A stretch of 63,019 nucleotides of DNA, the filler included, from Guillardia theta CCMP2712 (taxonomy: Eukaryota > Protista > Cryptophyta), in the NCBI RefSeq assembly GCF_000315625.1. It is 4 parts of 4 records of this genome, joined end to end, with 100 filler letters (N's around TTAATTAATTAA, not from the genome) between each part and the next. Parts side by side here need not be neighbours in the genome. Positions count along the whole stretch, not along the records: positions 40,751 to 50,634 come from NW_005434275.1; positions 50,735 to 63,019 come from NW_005434298.1; 2 more parts are not named here. One strand, 5' to 3'. The notes under the pieces were generated by a model. The model saw only the letters and a list, made by a program, of their open reading frames with translations, made no database searches and had not been told where the DNA came from. Each line of letters begins with the position of its first letter. Positions within the stretch are counted from its first letter, which is position 1. This document shows, in pieces, positions 41,149 to 53,389 of the stretch. A program made the translations under genes and the position numbers.

Positions 41149-41784
41149 TGACGCTGCTACTAGTATAGAGCAGGCTAATCGAAGTTTGGGAATTGCGTAT
41201 GTGATCAATTCTCAATCAACAATCAAGACTTACGGTTGTGAACAAATTCACAATGACAGGAGTTAGATTTGATTTACTATAAAGTAGGCACTCCGGGAGT
41301 ATCCACGTGTGTGAGATAACACGACTGAGAGTATTATACGATCACTGTAATTGTCTCTGACTGTTTGTATTGATTGTCACTTTGGATACACACGTAGTGT
41401 TGATCCCCGTGTTGTGCATTATCCACGAAAGTAAGCGTAGAGATTGGATAGGGAAATGGCAGCTCCATTGGTACGGTAACTTGGTTTCTTTTTAGGGACC
41501 AAACTGGTATTGAAGATACGCCCGGTGATTAGATAGTCGATTGACTAAACATGATACCTAGGTGTGTACAGCACCCGGTACATGTAACATATTGAATATC
41601 TCATACTAATTCGATATGCGACATAGTCCACGATACCAAACTTTCAGAGTTCCAATACTAAGACCCATTCCAGTCCTGAGTCACAGTGGTACTGTCAGTG
41701 ATTGCTGATGTACTCGCTGTAGTACTGGATGATGCCATATGGTACGAGCATTAAAACTCCCCATATCGGACTTTTACAGCATCA
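41149..41784 (-). repeat. 3' LTR
   Basis: TGACGCTG...CAGCATCA, near-identical to 48528-49164. Confidence 0.95.
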
Positions 41785-41794
41785 CTCCCCCTTG
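41785..41794 (-). other. Polypurine tract
   Basis: CAAGGGGGAG on the minus strand immediately before the 3' LTR. Confidence 0.85.
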
Positions 41795-42654
41795 CTCGAA
41801 ACATGAGCGCACAGAAGGCATAACGACAACGGTGAAAACTCAACATGAGAGTCAGGTCCGACTGATTCTCAAGAGATTACCTGATGAGAAAATAATTCCC
41901 ACTGGTTTCTCTTTCAATGTCATCATTTGCAAGGTATGGTTGACAATAAGTATTGCCCGCGCATCCAGCAAACTCTGTTGATCTCATCACCTAGCCTTTT
42001 TCAAATCTCATTCTTTTGAGATTTGTGCCGATGATGTGTTGAGTCCCATGCATCTGTTGTCTAACATGTTTCCACTCACATATGATTGCTCAAGATCATG
42101 TGCTGATAAGCCATTGCTTAACTAACACAAAATGTGCCTTTGGGGTAGCAGGAATTCTTACATTTTGTATTGTGCCCACGTACAAGCGTGTAAGACTCGC
42201 CTGGATTGTACTGATTTGTACATCCAACTAACTCCATGGAGGTTTAGAGGCTGATGAGATTCCTCATCAGGCAAAATATCTCAATTTTGCAAGAGTACAC
42301 TTCCTTAGCATCGGTAAATGCCTTGAGAGAAAGTGCGCCATCGCCCAAACTCATTCATAATCCAGAGTACTTACCAAACTCCTTCATACACAGAGTTTGC
42401 CCGCTGCTTAATCAAGCCTTACGCAGGTAAGCTGTGCTATAAAACTCTTACTCCTTTCCCCCGATTTCATTGTAATGCTGTGACAGATTGCTCCATCATG
42501 CATACAATCACATCACCACAACTTATGGTCGTAGTGTACAACATACTATGTCACAGTGGTTGTGCCACATGCGTCTGACATGCAACCAAGTTACAAATTG
42601 CTGTGTCTGACAAGCAACATAGTCATTGTAACATATTAGGTAAACTTTGGTTGT

Positions 42655-42907
42655 AGCATACAAGAACTTAATCTTGCTGTGCCTTCTTTATTATGCATGC
42701 AAGAACTTAATCTTGCTGTGCATTTTCCATCATGCATACAAGAACTTAATCTTGCTGTGCTGATGTAATGAGCATACAAGAACTTAATCTTGCTGTGCTG
42801 TTGTAACATAGCATACAAGAACTTAATCTTGCTGTGCTAATGAGTGAATCTTGTTGTGCTGATCATGTTTCGAGCATGCAAGAGATTTATGATTAAACTT
42901 GCTGTGC
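42655..42907 (+). repeat. ~38-40-bp degenerate tandem repeat (core CATACAAGAACTTAATCTTGCTGTGC) in the retroelement 3' region
   Basis: Five clear cores plus degenerate copies. Confidence 0.85.
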
Positions 42908-43023
42908 TCTGTCGCATGCAAGAGCCTCATTCTGCTGAATCACTTATCATCAAGGTGCAGAATTTATGTTGCTTCTCAATTTTCTTTGATGCCTGATATT
43001 TTTGGCAGATTGAGAAGATGATC

Positions 43024-44389
43024 TCACAAACATAGAAATTGATCTGATCGTAATGGTTTCGTGTATATATCTGCAATCTGTTCAGATGTATTGATTGGCT
43101 CTAGAGTAATTTCCTTTCGGTCAATCACACATTCTCGAATGAAATGCCATCTCCTATGGATATGTTTCGATCGACCTCTGCAGACAGGGTTTTGACTTAA
43201 CTTGATGCACGCACTGTTGTCTTCATAACAAACAGTTGGATTTTGTTTGAAGCCAAGTGACTCTATTGTTTCTCGTAAGTACAAAATCTCAATTGCTGTC
43301 AATGTGCATTGCATGTATTCGCTTTCCATCGTAGAAAGACTAACAATGTGTTGTCTTGCAGATTTCCAGGAAATTGGAGATCCATTCAAGAAAATTACAT
43401 AGCCACCTGTTGATTTACCAGTAAGCTTGCAATCTGCATCTGAACTGTCTGAAAATGCATATAGTTGCATGTAATCATGACTATTCTCATCCTGTTTCGT
43501 GTATCTTATTCCCAATTGTTTGGTGTTTTTTAAGTATGCATACACTTTGTGTACTGCTGTCATGAGCTTTTTCGTTGGGCATGAAAGATAACGAGATAGT
43601 AATGAGACTGCATATGATATTTCAGGTCTGGACCAATTGGCAATGTATATCAGACTCGCCACCATGCTTCGATACAACTTCACGAGATCTTCTGATGCAT
43701 TTTCATCTACATCTTCTGGATTGATGATAAAATTTGCATCCATTGGAATACGTACTTCAATTCCTTCAAGGTGAAATCTTTCCAAGCATTTTGTGATGAT
43801 GAAATAGATCCATCTTCATTTTGTTTGTATGCAACACCAAGATAGAATGAGACATCATTGTCTGTTGTAATTTCATACTTCTTGTGGTGCATGAATTGAT
43901 CGAACGATTCAAAAAAATTGCTAGATCATTGGTAGATTGAAGCAAATCATCAACTACCAGTGCTATGTACATCTCTCCCCTTTTTTCGGATGTATATCTG
44001 AAAAAACAGTTGTCTGTTCATGGAACAAATCCAAATTCTTGTAAATCCTTACATAATTGTATCCAGAAACATCTACCTGCTTGAGGTAATCGATACAATA
44101 AGGAGTCATAAATGTGAAGGAATTGCCATTGCTGAGAAGGAATCAAGGTAATCAATGCCTTGTACAAGTTGGTATCCAACTGCAACAGCAATATTCGACA
44201 GTTGATAGCTTGTCGATTGTGAGGAAGCTCTTCACATTCATCGTATACATTCAATAACTGCCATGATTGATGTTCATCTTTGATGGCTTGGATCCAATGT
44301 TCTCGTTCTGGGTTATTAGCTATTGCTTGCTTTAAAGTAGGTTCATTCTCATTGTTATGAGTTATTGCATTCAATGCCATGTGATACAT
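43024..44389 (-). pseudogene. Copia reverse transcriptase/RNase H, frameshifted and internally deleted
   Basis: EPTLKQAI...WIQAIKDE, YRLPQAGRCF, IALVVDDLL (YVDD variant), YRSMVASLIY...RPEISYAV, AFSDSSDA...KSTGGY, EDNSACI...RSKHI, QIADIYTKPL, spread over several frames. Confidence 0.92.
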
Positions 44390-45425
44390 CTGTTACCTTG
44401 ATATACAAGTATGTTGCACATAGTCATTTTTGCAATTTTTCAGATATGACATGATGCAATCAATTTCATCATTGTATGTTCTTGCACAGAAAATATTCCT
44501 TTGAGGTCCGTAATGCCAATTATGTGACATGTTAGATTGACTGTTTGTGTCATACGGATGATTTACATAGGTGTCAATCATGATTCTAGCAAATAGCTTG
44601 TGTTGCATTTGATTAATTTGAGGAGGAATTCCGTTTCCAATGTTGTCAGGCTAATGAATATTCAGTGATAAGCTCTCTGTAGCGAAAGATTTTTCAGAAG
44701 AACTTTCTTGTTCATCATGTTGTTCAGCACTGGGTGCAAGATTTTCTTGCTGCCAGGGCAGTAAATCTGCTCTTCTTCCTGAACGTAATTGATGTTGATG
44801 TACAAATGTTGGGAGTTTATCCCACTGAAAATCTTTCTTGCCACAATGCTCTGATGATTCCTTCAACATTTCAAGCTCCTTATTGATTTTTGTAGGTTGA
44901 TGTTGTATTGAAATTGAAGATTGACTGATGACAGGATCAGGAGAAATGATAGGCAGAGAGTTATCAAACAATCGAACCACTGGTTGATTTACCATGGTTT
45001 GTCTGTGCTCATTAGAATGAGATTCATTCTGGCCTGTCTGTTCCTCAACTGTCACTTTGTCACTGTCAATGTCATCAATCACTGTGCCTGTTGGTTGAGT
45101 TACTTAATGTTTTTCTGATTGTTTTCGTATGATGTGTTGATTTTGCTTCATCAATGAAGATATCAACTTTGCTAATTCATCTTCGTTATCAGAATCAGAC
45201 ATTTCAGACATTCGCTTTCCTGCATTCTTGAGGGTAATTACCTCTTTAGAACCAAAATCTGGTGCTAATCCAAATGGAATAGACCATTTTCGATCTCCAG
45301 GGTGAGATAGACGAAATGGAAAAACTTCCTCATTGAAGGTTACATTTCCTGCAGGTGTTGCATAAAATTTTGATTATCTAAGCTTGCAAGCAAATATCCC
45401 TTGATTCCAAGGTGAGATGCAAATC

Positions 45426-46260
45426 TTAGAAATACTGAAATACACAACATTTTGCAGTATCGTCAAGTTTTTTATCTCTGCCAAGTTGGAGTCTTTGGCT
45501 TGATGGAATATGTAGGTAAGCTAAACATCCAAATGTTTTGAATAGTGAGCCATCTGGTTTGTTTTCTGTAAACGCTTCATAACAGCTTATGTCAGATCCA
45601 CGATTTGTTGGCAAGAATACATTCTCAATTTCTGTTGAGTAGTACATGGCTAATAGCCAAAAAGATTTGGGTACATTACAATTCACAATGGCCAATCGTG
45701 TTCTTGTATCTAACGAATACATTCCAGATTCAGCTCGTTGATTTTGAAAATGATGGTAAGCGGCTATGCGCTCAATGAAAATGTGTTTTCTTCTGTAGAA
45801 ATCCATAGATTTTCGTGAAACCATTTCTCCAGCATTATCAATCCTTAGTTTCTTAGGATATACTCCATTGTTGTGTCTTTTGACAATTTCTCTAAGAGCT
45901 TGTCTGTAAGCCTTTTGAGTTGATAGACCAATGACTGTCTTGTATGAAGAATAACAATCTTTGGCAACTAACACATATTTTGCTCCTTCAATAGATTGTA
46001 CTTCGTATGTTGATAAGTCAATGTGCAACCTATCGAATTTTTGTTGCCATCTGTTGAACGAAATACAAGGAAGCTTCGTACTTGTAGATTTGCTTCGATT
46101 GCAAGTATGACAAATAGGTAATGGAGTACGAGAATCCAGTCTTGCAACTTCTTCCATTCCTTTGATGTTTTTGCAAATCGTAACAAGTAATATCTGTTGA
46201 TATGTCCACTGATAATGTGCCACTTCAGTAGAATACTAGAAGCACTATTGCCTTGAATAC
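45426..46260 (-). pseudogene. Copia GAG-pre-integrase/integrase, frameshifted
   Basis: WHIISGHIN, CHTC, RLHIDL, LRIDNAGEM, QNQRAES, FWLLAM, FGCLAYLHIP, KKLD. Confidence 0.9.
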
Positions 46261-47597
46261 GTTCACAAGTAGAAGATGACGTATTGTGAGTCAAATTTTC
46301 TTCATACTCGATGTTATCCTGATCGATTTCTTGTTCAAGACTGTTGGTAAAATCACCAATGTCTGTGAAGTTTTCAGGATGTTTCACATATTCGTCATTG
46401 ATCTCTTTGATTTGTTCTGCAGATAATTGTGTCACAAGTTGGAGGTATTTTAGGTTCTAAGTAGATTGAATCACATGCACATTGACTCTTAATTTCATCA
46501 CGATTGTCATCCTGATTTGACCTTGTGATGATTGAGAAGAATCACTGCTCTCCCCGTCTTCAGAATCAGTGCTCAAATCAAATGATTCTTTCCTTGAACA
46601 TTTTGCACATAGTTATGTGGTTCAAGAAGATTTGGAGGGATAAAACATGTTTGAGAAATTGAAAGGTTAGCATTGTCTGTTCTCTTTCTTCATCCTTTGA
46701 AATAGGACTAGTAAGTGCTTCTAACATTATTTGCAATCTGTCATTTGGTGGTGACATTATGCTATCTTGGATTGCAAATTGAGAACTGACATTTCATCTT
46801 AGCTTTCAATTGTCTGATTAGACGTTTCTCAAATTGTTTCTTCTGCTCCAGATTTGCTGTTTCCAGGATTAATGAAACTGACGGAATGCATGTTTGCAAC
46901 CCACAAATATCAGTTTCAGATATTCAGCAAAGAACATCTCCTCAAAATTCAAAATTGTTGTTCAATTTGTCTGAAGGAGAGTCGGATGTTTGTGACATCC
47001 TATTCATTTGCAGATGTGATGAAAACTTTCATCATGAAACTTTCATGTATTCCAGAGATTGTATCTTTTGCCTTTTCTTGAAGTAGCATGTATGCAAAAT
47101 TGCATTTGAATCGGTGTATAGGTTCACATTTTCAAGAAACATTCCTGCAGAAATTGTGTTGACAGTGAATTTTCGTTGAATTAGTGTTGATGCTGCTATA
47201 CATTATGCAGTAATTGTCACAATGTTGCTCTTCTTGAGTCAACAGAATGATACAACTTGATGTCATTTGAGAGTTTCGCTTGCACTTTGCATGTTTAGAA
47301 ATGCTCTCGCTATCAACAATGTGGAATAATTATGAAAATTTTGCCCCAATCTTGAATTTCAGGACAATATTGTGTAAGTAAACACAAGTTAGTTCAATTT
47401 AGATTTGCTTGTTGGAAATCTGTTCACTTCGTGAACTGGACTTCCTGACTAACAAATCGATACATATCATCACTGTTGGAAATCTGTCCACTGTTGGGAC
47501 TGAATTTCTCAACTGGTGAGATAATTTTACTACGAGAGAACTCGTTCACCTTTATTTACATTTCTTCGTCGTTAGCTTTGTCTAACAACGAATACGG

Positions 47598-47738
47598 GTT
47601 TCTCATAGATTGTGATCTTGTGGATCACAATGAGTTTCTCATAGATTGTGATCTTGTGGATCACAATGAGTTTCTCATAGATTGTGATCTTGTGGATCAC
47701 AAATGAGTTTCTCATATATTGTGATCTTGTGGATCACA
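47598..47738 (+). repeat. 36-bp tandem repeat x4, each with an internal hairpin ATTGTGATC-ttgtg-GATCACAAT
   Basis: Directly visible in the 5' internal region of the retroelement. Confidence 0.9.
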
Positions 47739-48510
47739 AACAAAAAATTTCGAACATTAAAAAATATTTGGCTCACTGTCAGTGAGTAGAATAGATTTCT
47801 TCAGTTGTAAAGTAGATTTCTTGCATGACCAAATTTGTTTTGCATCACTTCGAATCTGTTCTTGTAACAATACATCACTTCGAATCTGTTCTTGTAACAA
47901 TACAGTAGGATGTTGAAACATTTAATCATCGAAAGCATGATCATTGCAGCCATGTCGAACTTTGCATGTTGTAGACACATGCTCGATGCTTGCCATGTTG
48001 TGCGAATTTTACACATGTACTGTAATCTCTCGATGCTTGCCATGTTGTGCGAATTTCACACATGTACTGTGATCTCAGTCTTCACAATTTTGCTTTTAGA
48101 CGTGTAACAGGTCGAAACAAACAAAGTAAACTTCATGCATTTGCACTTCATCTAATTTCCAGTAGATAGCAAAAGAATTTGTCAATGTTGTCCAACTTTC
48201 ACGTGTAGATAGCAAAACAACTTGCCATAATTTCCATGTGTAGATAGCAAAACAACTTGTCACATGTTACAACTGATTTCCATGTGTAGATCGGATAGCA
48301 AAACAACTTGTCACATGACATAGATCATTCGCCCCCTTTCAAAATATGTTGGTCACTATTTGCATAGAAATATCCAGGATGTTGTGTCCATTTGCTCAGA
48401 AATATGTTGCTAGATTGATTTCAGGAGCTTTGGTCACAATGTAGCAATATCCTGTCGTTGAAGATGAACACAAGATTTGTAGTTTTCATGCTGATTGACA
48501 ATGAATCACC

Positions 48511-48527
48511 ACGAGGCTATAATAACC
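48511..48527 (-). other. Putative primer-binding site beginning GGTTAT
   Basis: Immediately follows the 5' LTR on the minus strand; GGTTAT is the start typical of copia/Ty5-type priming by a half tRNAiMet. Confidence 0.55.
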
Positions 48528-49164
48528 TGACGCTGCTACTAGTATAGAGCAGGCTAATCGAAGTTTGGGAATTGCGTATGTGATCAATTCTCAATCAACA
48601 ATCAAGACTTACGGTTGTGAACAAATTCACAATGACAGGAGTTAGATTTGATTTACTATAAAGTAGGCACTCCGGGAGTATCCACGTGTGTGAGATAACA
48701 CGACTGAGAGTATTATACGATCACTGTAATTGTCTCTGACTGTTTGTATTGATTGTCACTTTGGATACACACGTAGTGTTGATCCCCGTGTTGTGCATTA
48801 TCCACGAAAGTAAGCGTAGAGATTGGATAGGGAAATGGCAGCTCCATTGGTACGGTAACTTGGTTTCTTTTTAGGGACCAAACTGGTATTGAAGATACGC
48901 CCGGTGATTAGATAGTCGATTGACTAAACATGATACCTAGGTGTGTACAGCACCCGGTACATGTAACATATTGAATATCTCATACTAATTCGATATGCGA
49001 CATAGTATCACGATACCAAACTTTCAGAGTTCCAATACTAAGACCCATTCCAGTCCTGAGTCACAGTGGTACTGTCAGTGATTGCTGATGTACTCGCTGT
49101 AGTACCGGATGATGCCATATGGTACGAGCATTAAAACTCCCCATATCGGACTTTTACAGCATCA
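48528..49164 (-). repeat. 5' LTR
   Basis: Near-identical to 41149-41784. Confidence 0.95.
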
Positions 49165-50634
49165 GACAAGACTTTTTTATATCGCAGATCCAAAAACCCA
49201 TAGGACATTTCTCCCAGGGGGAAGAAAACCTCCCTTGACCCCCCTGTTTCTCGACGGATCCTGCCGGCCGGGCCCGTCAGTAGACCGACTGCAGCCTTCA
49301 GCCCCGCCTCAGACCCCCTGGAGGCCCGCCAGGAGGCTAAGTGTCCGGAGATTGGCCGGGGGCCCGATCTCTCCGGGCGGCCGTGACCGGTCAGCGGACC
49401 GTGTCAGCAGGCCCGTGACATGTCAGCCGGCTGACAGGGGCCGTGACCCGGCTGACAGGCTCACCTGACCGGTCACGTGACACATCACGTGACCGAGACA
49501 AGACTTTTTTATATCGCAGATCCAAAAACCCATAGGACATTTCTCCCAGGGGGAAGAAAACCTCCCTTGACCCCCCTGTTTCTCGACGGATCCTGCCGGC
49601 CGGGCCCGTCAGTAGACCGACTGCAGCCTTCAGCCCCGCCTCAGACCCCCTGGAGGCCCGCCAGGAGGCTAAGTGTCCGGAGATTGGCCGGCCCCCGGGC
49701 CTGATCTCTCCGGGCGGCCGTGACCGGTCAGCGGACCGTGTCAGCAGGCCCGTGACATGTCAGCCGGCTGACAGGGGCCGTGACCCGGCTGACAGGCTCA
49801 CCTGACCGGTCACGTGACACATCACGTGACCGAGACAAGACTTTTTTATATCGCAGATCCAAAAACCCATAGGACATTTCTCCCAGGGGGAAGAAAACCT
49901 CCCTTGACCCCCCTGTTTCTCGACGGATCCTGCCGGCCGGGCCCGTCAGTAGACCGACTGCAGCCTTCAGCCCCGCCTCAGACCCCCTGGAGGCCCGCCA
50001 GGAGGCTAAGTGTCCGGAGATTGGCCGGGGGCCCGATCTCTCCGGGCGGCCGTGACCGGTCAGCGGACCGTGTCAGCAGGCCCGTGACATGTCAGCCGGC
50101 TGACAGGGGCCGTGACCCGGCTGACAGGCTCACCTGACCGGTCACGTGACACATCACGTGACCGAGACAAGACTTTTTTATATCGCAGATCCAAAAACCC
50201 ATAGGACATTTCTCCCAGGGGGAAGAAAACCTCCCTTGACCCCCCTGTTTCTCGACGGATCCTGCCGGCCGGGCCCGTCAGTAGACCGACTGCAGCCTTC
50301 AGCCCCGCCTCAGACCCCCTGGAGGCCCGCCAGGAGGCTAAGTGTCCGGAGATTGGCCGGGGGCCCGATCTCTCCGGGCGGCCGTGACCGGTCAGCGGAC
50401 CGTGTCAGCAGGCCCGTGACATGTCAGCCGGCTGACAGGGGCCGTGACCCGGCTGACAGGCTCACCTGACCGGTCACGTGACACATCACGTGACCGAGAC
50501 AAGACTTTTTTATATCGCAGATCCAAAAACCCATAGGACATTTCTCCCAGGGGGAAGAAAACCTCCCTTGACCCCCCTGTTTCTCGACGGATCCTGCCCG
50601 GCCGGGCCCGTCAGTAGACCGACTGCAGCCTTCA
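49165..50634 (+). repeat. GC-rich 332-bp tandem satellite (>=4.4 units, runs into gap)
   Basis: Units start at 49165, 49497, 49834, 50166 and 50498; one unit is 337 bp. Confidence 0.96.
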
Positions 50635-51465
50635 NNNNNNNNNNNNNNNNNNNNNNNNNNNNNNNNNNNNNNNNNNNNTTAATTAATTAANNNNNNNNNN
50701 NNNNNNNNNNNNNNNNNNNNNNNNNNNNNNNNNNCTCCCTCTCTCTCTCTCTTCCTTCTCTTCTTGACGTCCCTTTGCTTGTCCATCGCTATGCTGGAAC
50801 CATTCCTCAGAGGAGCGAAGCAGTGTGTTGTCGGGGTGGGTGGGTGCGCAAGGGTAGGGTACTGTGAATTCAGAAATGAGATGATAACGGGTGGTAAACA
50901 CTTAATAATATAAAAATTAAGATTTATCTGCAAAGGTGGGGTAAATTCACAGACAAAAGTACGGGTATTGAACCACATGTACATTTTTGAAGGGTACATG
51001 GCTGGAGGGTGGTATCAGACGGGTCCAATGGGATATAGATAAGGTTGGTCAGAGGGGTGGGGGTACCGAAATGTTGGTACTCGAAAGGTAGGTGGGGGTA
51101 GTGAGAGAGAGAAGCACCTGGAGAAGTTATGGATAAAGAGGGGTGGGGTACTTCGAATTTCGTACAGTAGGGGTAAATTTTACTGGAAAATATGTGGTAG
51201 GGGTAGGTTAAATTCAAGGGTGGGTATTGGACGAGGGGTTATGGGTTTGAGGCACTGTAACGATCTGTAACGGATACATAGAATACGCAACGTTCGTGTA
51301 ACGGTTATCCCACACATTGTGCAGGAGCGTAAGAGCAGGAGCAAGCAGGAGCAGGAGCAGGAGCAGGAGCAGCAGGAGCAGCAGGAGCAGCAGGAGCAGC
51401 AGCAGCAGCAGCAGGAGCAGCAGGACGAGGAGGAGGACAAGGGCAAGTCAGAGGAGGAGTGTATC

Positions 51466-53357
51466 ATGAGAATTCCTACCATTTTGATCTTGGTTGTAGC
51501 TTGCTCCCTGATGCTACCAGGGGCAGGAGAGAGGTCAGAGGAGGGATCAGGATCAGGATCAGGATCAGGATCAGGATCAGGATCAGGATCAGGAGCAGGA
51601 GCAGAAGGGAGCTCGGATCTCTGTAGCTGCTCGGAGGGGGCGAGCATTGTACATCCCCAGGACGGACATGTTGTGGTTGTTGATGGAGCGACGAGGAAAG
51701 GACACGTCACGGTTGAGGTGAGGGTGAGCTCGCGCGACTTCGATGCTCCTTCTCCTTCTCCTCCTCTCCCTGCGCCTTCGTCTCCCGTCCTCGGCTCCTT
51801 CCGCCATCGATCGGGGTGTTACGGACATTTGTATGTCTTTGCCGACGAGGCAGAGGTCGGGCAGGTGTGCGTAGGAGGGGAGGAGGGAGGGAGGGAGGAG
51901 CTGGACGCTCTGATGAGAGAGAAGGAGAGAACGCTTGACGCGGGAAGGTGAGCAAGGAGTCGGAGGAGGTACGAGTGAGGGCACGTGCGATGATTGGCGT
52001 CGTTCACATGACAGGAGAGTTCCTTTCGACTCCGAGGAGGGGAAGCGTTTGTTCGAGTCCTGGTGTCCTTTGCCGCACATGCAGGGAAGTTGCTGAGTCA
52101 AGCTCGCAGGACTGGTCTAGCAGACGGCATCTTTGCGATCGAGCATGGCGGCAGGACGGCAGCGGGTGCCGAGGGAGGTGGAGATGGAGAGACGAGGATC
52201 TGTATCCTCGACGTCCGATGGGGCTGCTTGCACGTGGACCCAAAGACTGACGAGCGCTGGTTGCTGCTGCTCCTTCGAACTTGCGCCCTCCTGCTCAACC
52301 TGCTCTCGCAGCTGCAGCGCCTGGTACACCATCATGGTTCGAAATGTCGAGCCAGGGGAGCACAGGATCGGTCGGTGAGGAGGCAGGAGGCGGTAGAGCT
52401 TGACGACGCAGCAGGGGTGCGATGGCAGCGGGCGGGAGCTCTCGGAGAAGGAGAGAGCAGCGGAGAGCAGCACAAGAGCGTCTCCTCTGTCCTGACCTCA
52501 GTTGTGGAAGGCAGCAACCTCTCGCACCTTCCCGTCTCCTCCTGCTCCCTTGTGGCTCTGCGACCTTCGCGCGAGCTCGCTGGCTTACTCAACCCTGTCG
52601 ACCCGGACACGCAAAAGTTCGCGATCAGAGAGGACGGGGCGATAGTGTGGGAAGGGGCGGGAGGGGACAGCAGCGCCCTGTACCCGACCCTGACGGTCGG
52701 AGTCCTAGGAGGGTATCCTAAGGTTCGCCCTCCTGCTATGGCGATGGGACGCGGCGTCTGATCTTGTTTTCCTCGTTGGCTGCTGTAGGATGCAAGGGAG
52801 AGCTTGATGAATAGCCTGCAGACGTGGATAGAAACGAACCTGCTGCAGGTAAAGTGAAACTTTTCTTGTTCTCCCTCCGGGAGACATGAGTCCTGACTTG
52901 TACCACTGGCAGTCTGTGAACGAAACCATCATCTTCTTGCAGGATATACGGGAGACAGGTTGTTGTTTGTTGTTGTTTGTTGTTTGTGGTGGTTGTGGTT
53001 GTGATCGTTGTTGTTATTGTTCTTGTTGTTGTTCTTGTTGTTGTTGTTGCTGCCACAATGGATGTCTGGAGAAGCAGTGAGGAGCTGTTGTATGAAGGGG
53101 AGGATGAGAACGTGGAGAAGGTATGGAGTGCTGGATGATGAGCCGAGAGGAGTATCAGCGAAATGAAAGAAGTTGGTGAAAAGAAGAAGCAAATGAAGAT
53201 AATATGATTATGATCATGATGACTGAAATGCTGCTGCCGCTCATGACGATGATGATAATGACGACGACGACGACAATGTTGATGCTGCTGCTGATGATGT
53301 TGTTGTTCATGGTGGTGGTGGTGGTGGTGGTGGTGGTGGTGGTGGTGGTGGTGGTGG

Positions 53358-53389
<32 letters not shown>

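Larger units (their letters stand above)
41149..49164 (-). mobile_element. Ty1/copia LTR retrotransposon with decayed coding region
   Basis: Two ~636-bp direct LTRs with TG...CA ends, integrase upstream of RT/RNase H, PBS-like and PPT sites; no TSD. Confidence 0.95.

Noticed and set aside
41785-43020. env-like extra ORF in the long 3' region of the copia element
   Set aside because: Only short ORFs (<90 aa) without recognisable features
47598-47738. CRISPR-like 36-bp palindromic repeats
   Set aside because: No unique spacers, no cas genes, and located inside a eukaryotic LTR element
49109-50690. Repeated 107-aa ORFs (MTHHVTETRLFY...)
   Set aside because: By-product of the GC-rich satellite; non-ATG starts and frameshifted in one unit
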